Shown here: piece by piece, positions 10,636 to 19,465 of the stretch
Numbering within the stretch: the stretch's first letter is position 1
Layout of the letters: every line of letters starts with the position of its first letter
Assembly (NCBI GenBank): GCA_051546255.1
Contig: CP128817.1
Span: 806,001 to 870,000 of the forward strand
Length of the DNA stretch: 64,000 nucleotides
Reading direction: 5' to 3'
Origin: Meyerozyma guilliermondii
Lineage: Eukaryota
Translations under genes and position numbers: made by a program
Notes under the pieces: generated by a model
The model's input: the letters and a program-made list of their open reading frames with translations, nothing else
Told to the model about the DNA's origin: nothing
Database searches by the model: none

Positions 10636-12582
10636 ATGTATAATCTGGCTCAAAATCACCAGCCGAGGTTCCAGGGCACATCATACGGCGACTCTGGCTC
10701 TCAAGCTTCACAGGGAGAGCAACAAGGTCTGAATTCGATGCGTCATGACTTTATTCACTCGTCTTCAAAGCCATACCCCACGGACGACGACGACGACTTT
10801 TTATTCCAAAACCCGTCCAATGACCATCCCCAGCTTCCATACTCAACGCTAACATCATCCTCCACCTATGCTGGGCTAACTGGGAAACGGCAGTCGCATA
10901 ACAATGATTATGAGTTGGATACTCTAAATGATGGAGACTACGCCAATCGTGGCTTAGGTCCTAAAGCTCCACTAATCGCTTCATACACCAACGAATCCGC
11001 TGGTTCATTTCCCCACGCACACCCTTACCACTACCAGGAGCCGCCTGAAAGCGATCCTTTTGCAGACGACATCGACTCCAGACCTTTACCGCGAGTACCA
11101 TTTCAAGACGACCTTTCGTCCAAACCACAACCGGCTCTCCCCGACCAAGAACCAAGCGAAAAAGACCGTATTCGTCGCAACGAAAAGGCTCGGATCCGCC
11201 AGTTGCGCAGTAGACCTCGGTTCCATTATAGCAGACTTCCTTACTTCACCATCATAGTGACACTCATCCAGGTGATAGTGTTCATCGTTGAATTGGCCAA
11301 GATGTCGCACTTGACAGGGTCAGCATTCCAGACGAAACCATACTTCAATCCAATGTTGGGCCCTTCTACTTACCTCTTGATCAATATGGGAGCCCGGTAC
11401 GTTCCATGCATGCAATCTTTAAGAGGAATTACCACCGATACCACCATCCAATTTCCTTGTCCCAACTCCACCTCTGTCGATACCAACGTGTGCTCCTTGA
11501 GCGAGCTCTGTGGTCTCTCAGGAATACCCATAGAATACAACCGCTATGAACCAGACCAGTGGTACAGAATCATCACCCCAATATTTCTCCATGCCGGTTT
11601 TTTGCATATCATCTTCAACCTCTTGCTCCAGGTCACCATGGGGGCATCCATAGAGCGCCAGATCGGAGTCATAAAGTTTGCTATCATATACTTGATGAGT
11701 GGAATCGGCGGGTTTGTGTTGGGAGCCAATTTTTCGCCTAATGGAATCGCATCAACGGGCTGCTCAGGAGCGTTGTTCGGAATAGTGGCTACCAACATTA
11801 TCATGTTCGTTTATTGCGGCCGCAAGAATACCAATCTTTATGGAACAAAACACTATGTTTTGTTCATATTCATCATGCTCACAGAAATCGTCGTTTCTTT
11901 CGTATTGGGATTGTTGCCTGGCCTCGACAACTTCAGTCACCTCGGAGGCTTTGCCATGGGATTACTCACCTCAATTCTTCTTCTTCAAGATCCATTTTTC
12001 GTATACGTTGATGGCATAATAACGTATTCTGGCCGAGATTCAATTTGGGACGAGTTCGTCAATAACTGGAACCCATTCTACAATTGGGAATCCAAGATCC
12101 CTTCCAGAGTCTACATGTGGTTTGGTGTTCGAGCCGTCTGCTTGGTATTGGCTGTTTTGTACATGGCGTTGTTGATTGTCAATTTCTTTGGAAAACCCGA
12201 ACTCGACAACGACAAAAGTTGTGCTTGGTGCAAGTACTTCAACTGCATACCTGTCAACGGCTGGTGTGATATGGGTGAAATATCAGTCCTGACTGCAAGT
12301 ACTAGCAGCCAGCAACCTTCCTCAACCTCGTCCACCAACAACACTCCACTACCCACTGAAATAGATGGACCACAAAACCAAAAGAGAAGGCAAAGAAGAT
12401 ACGATTTCGAGGCGAAATCGCCGATAGAAAATAAGAACACTTTTGATACGTTAACTTTGGACTCGTATAAAGGATTTACGAGAGACGAAACAGCATCCAG
12501 TGTCTCAGGTTTGGCCCTAGGTGCAATTATTGTACTTGTCACCTTCCACTACTTCAAAAAGTCGTACAGTAAGAAGAACTAA
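10636..12582 (+). CDS. Rhomboid-family intramembrane serine protease with long N-terminal tail
   Basis: QWYR...FLHAG..H..FN, catalytic GCSG and FSHLGG motifs, and multiple hydrophobic helices. Confidence 0.88.
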   Translation: MYNLAQNHQPRFQGTSYGDSGSQASQGEQQGLNSMRHDFIHSSSKPYPTDDDDDFLFQNPSNDHPQLPYSTLTSSSTYAGLTGKRQSHNNDYELDTLNDGDYANRGLGPKAPLIASYTNESAGSFPHAHPYHYQEPPESDPFADDIDSRPLPRVPFQDDLSSKPQPALPDQEPSEKDRIRRNEKARIRQLRSRPRFHYSRLPYFTIIVTLIQVIVFIVELAKMSHLTGSAFQTKPYFNPMLGPSTYLLINMGARYVPCMQSLRGITTDTTIQFPCPNSTSVDTNVCSLSELCGLSGIPIEYNRYEPDQWYRIITPIFLHAGFLHIIFNLLLQVTMGASIERQIGVIKFAIIYLMSGIGGFVLGANFSPNGIASTGCSGALFGIVATNIIMFVYCGRKNTNLYGTKHYVLFIFIMLTEIVVSFVLGLLPGLDNFSHLGGFAMGLLTSILLLQDPFFVYVDGIITYSGRDSIWDEFVNNWNPFYNWESKIPSRVYMWFGVRAVCLVLAVLYMALLIVNFFGKPELDNDKSCAWCKYFNCIPVNGWCDMGEISVLTASTSSQQPSSTSSTNNTPLPTEIDGPQNQKRRQRRYDFEAKSPIENKNTFDTLTLDSYKGFTRDETASSVSGLALGAIIVLVTFHYFKKSYSKKN

Positions 12583-12733
12583 ATCAGTACTTCCAGCATA
12601 AATAAACTACATATATCTTGCATGTAAACTAAGCTCTATGATTTCTGTAGTCTGCGTTCTTGTATGTTGAAAATCCTGTATACATTCCCTGCGAGAGTTT
12701 TTCATTTTTCAGTTGAGACTTGACTTCACCACC

Positions 12734-13423
12734 ATGCTTTCGCTTTCACGAGTATTGGGTCAAAGAGTGTCCGTACACGCTTCCAGGTCACGCCAGTTAT
12801 CTTATTCACATACGAGATTGTTCATAGGTAATTTTTTCGGCAAAAAGGAAGTCAAGCAACGAGAAGAAATCATCAAAAATCAAGACGATTATGAGGTAGA
12901 TCCTGAGACCAAAATCGTAATTTTGAAGGAAGAAAACTCACCAGATTATAAACCATTCAACCCAGAAGAAGACATGCCCGACTTTGTCATTGAGCAGTGG
13001 AAACATCAAGTGGTCAAGCCCCGGGACATTGAGGCCACTTACGACACCACCAACTTGATACAGACCATTAGCCAAACGTATGAAGAAACATTTCAATCTC
13101 CAATCACACAAGAGGAGTTCCATAATGCTAGCTTGTCTGACTTGGAAGCTAGGTTCAAATTCGCCAAGTCGTTGCAACAAAACTTGGGATTTGATATTAG
13201 TGATTACACTCTCTCCAAGTCTCACACCGTCGGGGAGCTTTTTAATGCTCTTGAAAAGGTCATAAATACCAGATGGACGAACGAGAGAAACCCCAACGCA
13301 ATAGTGCTTCGTCCTGAAGACTTTTCGGCTCCAAATGTGTACTTGAATCAACAGCCATCTGAGAGGGCACAAAAGGCAACTTACGATAGAATCGCTGAAG
13401 AAGCCAGAAACGCTTCGATTTGA
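12734..13423 (+). CDS. MRPL13: Mitochondrial ribosomal protein mL50 (Mrpl13-like)
   Basis: Arg/Ser-rich presequence; C-terminal RFKFAKSLQ..LGFDISD..L and ERNPNAIVL..EDF..PNVY resemble mL50. Confidence 0.65.
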   Translation: MLSLSRVLGQRVSVHASRSRQLSYSHTRLFIGNFFGKKEVKQREEIIKNQDDYEVDPETKIVILKEENSPDYKPFNPEEDMPDFVIEQWKHQVVKPRDIEATYDTTNLIQTISQTYEETFQSPITQEEFHNASLSDLEARFKFAKSLQQNLGFDISDYTLSKSHTVGELFNALEKVINTRWTNERNPNAIVLRPEDFSAPNVYLNQQPSERAQKATYDRIAEEARNASI

Positions 13424-13448
13424 AACCACTGTACATAGTAATCTTCAA

Positions 13449-15104
13449 TCATCTTTTTCGTTGTAAAGTGTAGACTACTACCGCTGTTGCGGCAATCAAG
13501 AAGGTGGCAGGGATTATCCATTGGGAGCCCACCATAGTCGTCTTTGTAGGAGTAACTGAATCTACCCAAACATCCACTTTATTTTTCCCTTTTGCTTTGT
13601 GCCTCGTGATATATTGCAACAAGTCGGTCTTATTCTGGAGTGAAATCTTATCGCCATCCTCATCTAGATAACTCAATACGATACTTTCTTCCGGGCGATT
13701 GGCTCGCTGAGAGATTTCAAACGCCAAATTGTCTATGTCCATGTCATCTTCAAGAGGAAGAATGAAGATCTTGGAGCTTGTTCTAAGCTTAACGACAAAA
13801 CTTTCAAGTGAGTCTAATATGCTGTCACTTCCCGTCATGGATTGAGTCTGGTTTAAAGACCGAACTCGATTCTTTAACGGAGATGCAGTATGAGAAACTG
13901 AATCCGAGGGCTTGATTTCCATCAGAAAAGAGTTCAATTCTCCAGAGTCATTCACCGACCTTCCGGACTCCAGCTCGTCATCAACTGTGGTCCAAAAATT
14001 GTTCCACCGAGAACCACCACCTTCGAGTTCGGCTGGGCCCACATTTTGCAACGTTGCATGAATCAAGCTTAAAACATCAACGACCGCAATGATTGAATGA
14101 GAACTGTCTTCCACAGGCAAGTTGAGGTAATTACCGTCTAGCATTTGCTTCAATGCTTGTCGAATTGTAGTCGATGTATTGACCACATCAGGATTTGCAG
14201 TCATTACTCGGACCACGGAGCATATTTTAGGGTTTAAACCAGCGGCAATAGCACGAAAAGTCACATCTTTTGAGCTGACGATGCCCACCACCTTGCCAGA
14301 TCCATCTCGTATGAGAATCACCGAGGTGTTGTTAGCTTTCATCATATTGGCGACTTCGTAGACAGTAGCTTTCAAAGATGCAAAAACAGGCCGGGATACA
14401 TTGCCAACTACAGACTGTATTGTTGGACCATTTACCTGGCTACGGAGCGATTCCAAGTACTCTTCAATATGAGGAGGATTGGATTCCATACCGAGATCAT
14501 TGTGTAAAACATCCAAAGTGTCAAATAACCTAGCCGAATTAGCATTGAGTCGTTCGAATTTCTTCATCTGCTTCTTGTAGAATGTCACAATGTCAAGGAC
14601 ACCAATGATTTCTGTATTTGAGTCTTCTACCACTGGCATGTGTCTAAACTTGTGCTCAAGCATTTGGTCTAGAGCCTGCGAGGCAGGAGAAGTTGCCGAG
14701 CTAGTAAGCGGGTTCGATGTCATTACCTGTCCCACTGTAGCAACGGTTGCATCCAAACCACTTCCAACTACCCTGAATGCCAAATCTTTAGACGTGAATA
14801 GCCCCAAGAGTTTTTCGTGGTCGTCTACTATTAGCACACAATTGCACCTCTTCGCCAGCATTAGCTGAGCCACCTCATATATAGTTGTATTTTTCGTACA
14901 TGTGACGGGCTCCGATGGTTTCAAAGATAAAACAGACCCTGGAAGGCCGCGCCTCGGTATTTTAGGCTTGGTTGGAGTTCTTCTTTTTTTACTAAACTCG
15001 TGATCTATGCGACGCCGTATGGCTTCGTCCCGCCGTATTTGTCTTCTTCTAGACTCGCTGACCGAGCTGCTATCCGACACAACAGATGTGAATTCCTTGG
15101 ACAT
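13449..15104 (-). CDS. Four-CBS + PB1 domain protein with C-terminal membrane anchor (Mug70/CBSCBSPB-like)
   Basis: Two CBS pairs (GLFTSKDLAFRVV, FRHMPVV, GIVSSKDVTFR, YLNLPV), a PB1 OPCA motif (LSYLDEDGDKISL) and a C-terminal hydrophobic helix followed by RKR. Confidence 0.85.
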   Translation of the reverse strand: MSKEFTSVVSDSSSVSESRRRQIRRDEAIRRRIDHEFSKKRRTPTKPKIPRRGLPGSVLSLKPSEPVTCTKNTTIYEVAQLMLAKRCNCVLIVDDHEKLLGLFTSKDLAFRVVGSGLDATVATVGQVMTSNPLTSSATSPASQALDQMLEHKFRHMPVVEDSNTEIIGVLDIVTFYKKQMKKFERLNANSARLFDTLDVLHNDLGMESNPPHIEEYLESLRSQVNGPTIQSVVGNVSRPVFASLKATVYEVANMMKANNTSVILIRDGSGKVVGIVSSKDVTFRAIAAGLNPKICSVVRVMTANPDVVNTSTTIRQALKQMLDGNYLNLPVEDSSHSIIAVVDVLSLIHATLQNVGPAELEGGGSRWNNFWTTVDDELESGRSVNDSGELNSFLMEIKPSDSVSHTASPLKNRVRSLNQTQSMTGSDSILDSLESFVVKLRTSSKIFILPLEDDMDIDNLAFEISQRANRPEESIVLSYLDEDGDKISLQNKTDLLQYITRHKAKGKNKVDVWVDSVTPTKTTMVGSQWIIPATFLIAATAVVVYTLQRKR

Positions 15105-15362
15105 CTGCGAGAAAGGGTTGTTTCAAGTCTGTCTAAAAGTTTCTAGTTGTCTGCAACAGGTTTCAGTTTACAGATAGACAATGGCCATTGTGCAGGATAT
15201 ATGACTGAAGATATAAACTACGTCATTATCTATCGTAGTGTGTTAGTTTGTTATGATGATCATTTAGCAGTGAAAACAAGCCACCCCACTAATTCTAAAA
15301 ATTGAGTAATTCGAGATACATGCGCCCTTTTATACTTCGCTTATCGGATATGCCGCGTATGT

Positions 15363-16319
15363 ATGCAGCCGTGGTTGCAAAATGTCGGCAATATAAATAC
15401 CCCCAAATCGCTCTTTATTCAAGTAATGATTTTTTCTTTCAGCTGCATCTCGAATCTTGCCGACAATTCTTTTGTCAGGTATATTTCTACAATTTTTAAA
15501 GATTTTTTGATTAATATGTTGAGAACAGGACCGAATCCTAAACATATAGCTTTTATTATGGATGGCAATCGGCGATTTTCAAAACGCAATCATATGAAGT
15601 TGGCCGATGGGCATTCGAAGGGTGCAGAAGTCTTATTTGAAGTGCTCACCACAGCTTACCAACTTGATATTTCTCACGTAACCGTGTACGCTTTTTCCAT
15701 TGAAAATTTTAATCGTCCACAAGATGAAGTAGATACGCTTTTTGGGCTTCTTCGAGATAAGTTGGCGATTCTTGCCGACAATGAAACGTCATTCGCTCAA
15801 GTCAATCATGTCAAGATCAAGATCATTGGAAATAGATCGTACATTCCAGATGATATATTGTCACAGCTTGAGGAGATCGAGAGAAAAACAAACAAACCAG
15901 ATTCACACAAAGTGTTGAACGTTTGCTTTCCCTATACTTCACGCGATGATATCACAGAGGCAATGCGTAAGGTTGTGTCATCGCTTGTTTCTTCTGATCT
16001 CCAGCGCCAGGATCTCAATGAAGATGTACTCCAGCATCAAATGTATATGGATCCAAACACACCTCAATTGGATATCTTAATTCGTACCAGCGGCCATACT
16101 CGATTAAGTGACTTCATGCTCTGGCAGTGTACAGCAAACTGCGATATTGAGTTTGTCGAAACCTTATGGCCCGAATTTGGTTTCTTTCAATTCTTTCAAA
16201 TACTTGTCAAGTGGGGATGGTCCAAAACAGCATTGGCAGGCTGGAATACAGGAAGAGCCAAAGTATACGTGTATGAACTTCCTCCTGCCCCACCCTTGGT
16301 TTCAGTGATTGGCAGATGA
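15363..16319 (+). CDS. SRT1: cis-prenyltransferase (dehydrodolichyl diphosphate synthase, Srt1/Rer2 family)
   Basis: PKHIAFIMDGNRR, VYAFSIENFNR and IRTSGHTRLSDFMLWQ. The start (15363 vs next ATG) and the paralogue identity are uncertain. Confidence 0.75.
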   Translation: MQPWLQNVGNINTPKSLFIQVMIFSFSCISNLADNSFVRYISTIFKDFLINMLRTGPNPKHIAFIMDGNRRFSKRNHMKLADGHSKGAEVLFEVLTTAYQLDISHVTVYAFSIENFNRPQDEVDTLFGLLRDKLAILADNETSFAQVNHVKIKIIGNRSYIPDDILSQLEEIERKTNKPDSHKVLNVCFPYTSRDDITEAMRKVVSSLVSSDLQRQDLNEDVLQHQMYMDPNTPQLDILIRTSGHTRLSDFMLWQCTANCDIEFVETLWPEFGFFQFFQILVKWGWSKTALAGWNTGRAKVYVYELPPAPPLVSVIGR

Positions 16320-16323
16320 AATC

Positions 16324-16950
16324 TCATATGACACCCACTACTTTTTTGACTTCCTTCTTCTTTCGCTCCCTAATTTTTGCTTCCTCGATACGATTAAGGT
16401 ATCCCATATAAACAACAACTTCCGCAACTAGAACAAGCACCCCGGAAAACAAGCATAAGAGAACTCGCCAACTGTCTTTCATCTTCATTGAACTATCTGT
16501 CCAATACCACACAGCATATACAACGCTTCCAACACTTATCAAAACATTTACAATGGTTGTTACTTGGTTCTTCAATTCTTTGCTAGCAGCAGCTGGAGTC
16601 AACGTTTCTTGGTCGTGATTATCATACAAGGTAGTGAATTGCTCGGATGGCCTTATGAGTCTCTGATACTCTTCTTCCTTCGCTTTGAGTCGGAGCTTTT
16701 CCATGGATGCAAGAAACTCCTTTGTCTTTGGGTGCTGATCATTGCGATCATTCTTATTTGGAATGTATAAGCGGCTATTGGTTGATCGTATGAAAGCTAG
16801 AAGAGTATCGTGAGATGATTTCTTGTACAAGGTTCTCAAGTCTGCATCCGAAATATGATCTGTGTGCATAAGGTGTTCAAACTTTTCATTATCTATTCCA
16901 CATGTTCGGATGTGCTCTCTAAGGGCTGAGCTTATGGTGAAAAGGACCAT
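16324..16950 (-). CDS. VPH2: V-ATPase assembly factor Vph2/Vma12
   Basis: MEKLR..EEEYQRL, KELKNQVTTIVNVLISV and LVLVAEVVVY, with two transmembrane helices. Confidence 0.85.
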   Translation of the reverse strand: MVLFTISSALREHIRTCGIDNEKFEHLMHTDHISDADLRTLYKKSSHDTLLAFIRSTNSRLYIPNKNDRNDQHPKTKEFLASMEKLRLKAKEEEYQRLIRPSEQFTTLYDNHDQETLTPAAASKELKNQVTTIVNVLISVGSVVYAVWYWTDSSMKMKDSWRVLLCLFSGVLVLVAEVVVYMGYLNRIEEAKIRERKKKEVKKVVGVI

Positions 16951-17008
16951 AGTACCGTCTTAAAATCTGTGCGAGCGTTGGTGCAAGTACAGTATGTGAA
17001 ATTCCGCG

Positions 17009-18358
17009 ATGTTCCGCTTTTATCGAACGATGGCAACTTCAACGGTGGTCGGAGCCTTAGCGTGCCAGAGAAACTCATTTCTCACATCATTCACTACTAC
17101 TGTTGTATCATGCGAAGCAAACAAGGCGCCTGAAACTTCAAAAGATAAGCAAAACAAGAACAAGAAAAAAGCCAGTCCGACGGAACCTGTTTATGCTGTG
17201 GAATTGAAAGACACGATCCTCTTTCCAGAAGGTGGAGGTCAACCTTACGACACCGGTTCAATAGTCTTGCCGGACTCTACCAAGGTCTCAGTGTCCAAGG
17301 TCGTGAGAGAGGGTGTTACTGCTCTCCACATAACTCCAACTCCAATAGAACCAGGTACTAATGTTTCCCTCGAGATTAATTGGGATAGAAGACTTGACCA
17401 CATGCAGCAGCATACGGGCCAACACTTGCTTTCTGCGGTTTTAGATTCTTATAAAATTGAAACCTTGGGCTGGTCGCTTGGTGAGAAGATAAACTACGTT
17501 GAATTGCCTATGAAAGTGAGCGACGAGATTGTGGAGGAAGTGAGTCGCAAAGTCAATGACTATATATTCAAGGCAATCCCGATAGAGGTGGTGACACCAG
17601 ACCAGCATGGTGGGGAGCTTGATATCTCTCATATTCCCGAAGACTATGATCTTTCAAAGGGAGTAGTCAGAGTGGTCAAAATTGGCGATCTTGATGCAAA
17701 TCCATGCTGTGGCACCCATCTCACATCGACCTCGCAAATAACTGCTATTTCTTTATTACATCAGACTAATATTCGAGGTGGTAATTCCCGTTTACACTTT
17801 TGCTGCGGTCATCGTGTTGCTAAGCTCGCATCAGAGCTGCTGGCCATTTTGAAGAATGCTGGAGCATTATTGTCATGTCAGTCTGATGAGATCACTTCAA
17901 AAATTGAGCTTTTGAACTTCAACTACAAGAAGGCAAACTCAACAGTTTCCAATTTGTTGAAAGAGATTGCAGCAAGCGAAGCCAAGAGGATTTACGATCT
18001 GTTCAAAGAGGGCTCACAGGTGGAGTATGCATTCAGAGAAGACGAGAACCCCGAATATGTTCCCTTGTTGCAGAAACAGTTGCTTACCTTCATCAACCAA
18101 GACAAAAGTCGTGGAATTGACCTTGAAAAAACCAACACTGTCGTATTTATAAATGGGGAGCGAAAGGAGAATACCAAAGGAATGGTTAAAATCATGGGAC
18201 CGCAGGCCCAGACCATACTGGCGGAGTTGAAATCACGCTTGAGTAACTTGGCTGGTGGAGGCAAGGGTGCTATGTTCCAAGGCAAAATAACGGGACTTGG
18301 CAAGATTGAATTAGCTTCAGTGATAGAATATTTGGAGAAGATGAAGGTGAGCAGCTAA
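17009..18358 (+). CDS. AlaX-type alanyl-tRNA editing protein (YNL040W-like)
   Basis: DTILFPEGGGQPYD, MQQHTGQHLLSA (HxxxH), NPCCGTH (CxxxH) and GGGK. Confidence 0.9.
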   Translation: MFRFYRTMATSTVVGALACQRNSFLTSFTTTVVSCEANKAPETSKDKQNKNKKKASPTEPVYAVELKDTILFPEGGGQPYDTGSIVLPDSTKVSVSKVVREGVTALHITPTPIEPGTNVSLEINWDRRLDHMQQHTGQHLLSAVLDSYKIETLGWSLGEKINYVELPMKVSDEIVEEVSRKVNDYIFKAIPIEVVTPDQHGGELDISHIPEDYDLSKGVVRVVKIGDLDANPCCGTHLTSTSQITAISLLHQTNIRGGNSRLHFCCGHRVAKLASELLAILKNAGALLSCQSDEITSKIELLNFNYKKANSTVSNLLKEIAASEAKRIYDLFKEGSQVEYAFREDENPEYVPLLQKQLLTFINQDKSRGIDLEKTNTVVFINGERKENTKGMVKIMGPQAQTILAELKSRLSNLAGGGKGAMFQGKITGLGKIELASVIEYLEKMKVSS

Positions 18359-18405
18359 TATTATCCAGTCTTAAGTCATGTAGACGTGCTCTTACTATAT
18401 ACATA

Positions 18406-19329
18406 CTAACGCTTGACCCAGGTTGGCGACTTTCTAGCCTTGACCTTACCTGGTTTCTTTCTTTCGACCTTTCTGGTGTCTCTGGTCATCAAGCCAGCCT
18501 TGTGCAACCGGGACTTGAATAATGGGTTGAAAATTACCAATCCTTTGGCAATACCGTACATTATAGCGTCAATTTGGCCCGTCAATCCTCCACCACTGAC
18601 CTCGGCAAAAACATTGTACTTGGCTTCCTGGGCAACAACCTGGAATGGGTATGCAATTTTCTTTCTATCAGAAGCTTTAGGGAAATATTCGTTGAGCGAT
18701 CTTCCATTGACAAGCACCTCACCTTCACCTCTAACCATGGAGACTTTTGCTACCGATCTCTTTCTTCTTCCCACGGTCACAGCGCGTCCAAACTGATCCA
18801 AAGTCTTCATTTTCTGTGCAACCTTGGCGACTACACTGGAATTACTGCTGTAATTTGTCAAAGTTTCACTGACTTCCCGCGGCATCAACTCGAGATCTAT
18901 GCTCCGTAATCTGTGCAAAAGTTGTGTCAACTCCTTGTGGTGGATGGGCTTGAGTCGGGTACCAGCTTGGACTCTCTGGGCGTATTCCTCAAAGGATAAA
19001 AACCGGTTGGCTTGCAATTCTTTGTCGTCGATAACTCTGGTGGGTAAGTTGATGTGTTTTCTGATCAAAGCGTTCAATTGGTTTATGTTCTGCTCATGGA
19101 CGGGGTTACCTCCGTAAAAGGTTTTGAGTGTGGGAACAGTACGTACTCGGCTTAGTTCTGGGCTCCGCAAAGTGGTGGATGATAAAATCGAAGGAATTGG
19201 AAGAGTGGTGGAAGTGGACTTTTTAGCATCGCTGGATATTTTCGGACGAGATTCCTGTAATACTATGCTTCTCAGCGAGAAAAAACGACCCGGAAGCCGG
19301 CAAAAACGCAGTCTGACGCCGGAACTCAT
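18406..19329 (-). CDS. MRPS9: Mitochondrial ribosomal protein uS9m
   Basis: GRRKRSVAKV, GGGLTGQ and the C-terminal VERKKPGKVKARKSPTWVKR. Start placed at the first ATG. Confidence 0.93.
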   Translation of the reverse strand: MSSGVRLRFCRLPGRFFSLRSIVLQESRPKISSDAKKSTSTTLPIPSILSSTTLRSPELSRVRTVPTLKTFYGGNPVHEQNINQLNALIRKHINLPTRVIDDKELQANRFLSFEEYAQRVQAGTRLKPIHHKELTQLLHRLRSIDLELMPREVSETLTNYSSNSSVVAKVAQKMKTLDQFGRAVTVGRRKRSVAKVSMVRGEGEVLVNGRSLNEYFPKASDRKKIAYPFQVVAQEAKYNVFAEVSGGGLTGQIDAIMYGIAKGLVIFNPLFKSRLHKAGLMTRDTRKVERKKPGKVKARKSPTWVKR

Positions 19330-19465
19330 TGTGTGGTTAGAATGGTCAAGTTCGTTTTTGGTGAACAAAATTGAAAAAATTCAGCGGTGCGCGAACGACT
19401 TTGTTGCACTGGTACAACGACATATAATACATTATATTAGCTATAGTACATACGCCAACCCTCGT

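Noticed and set aside
15350..15442. Possible intron at the start of the cis-prenyltransferase gene (GTATGT/GTATGC...TTTCAG)
   Set aside because: No CTAAC branch site, and the continuous ORF is sufficient.
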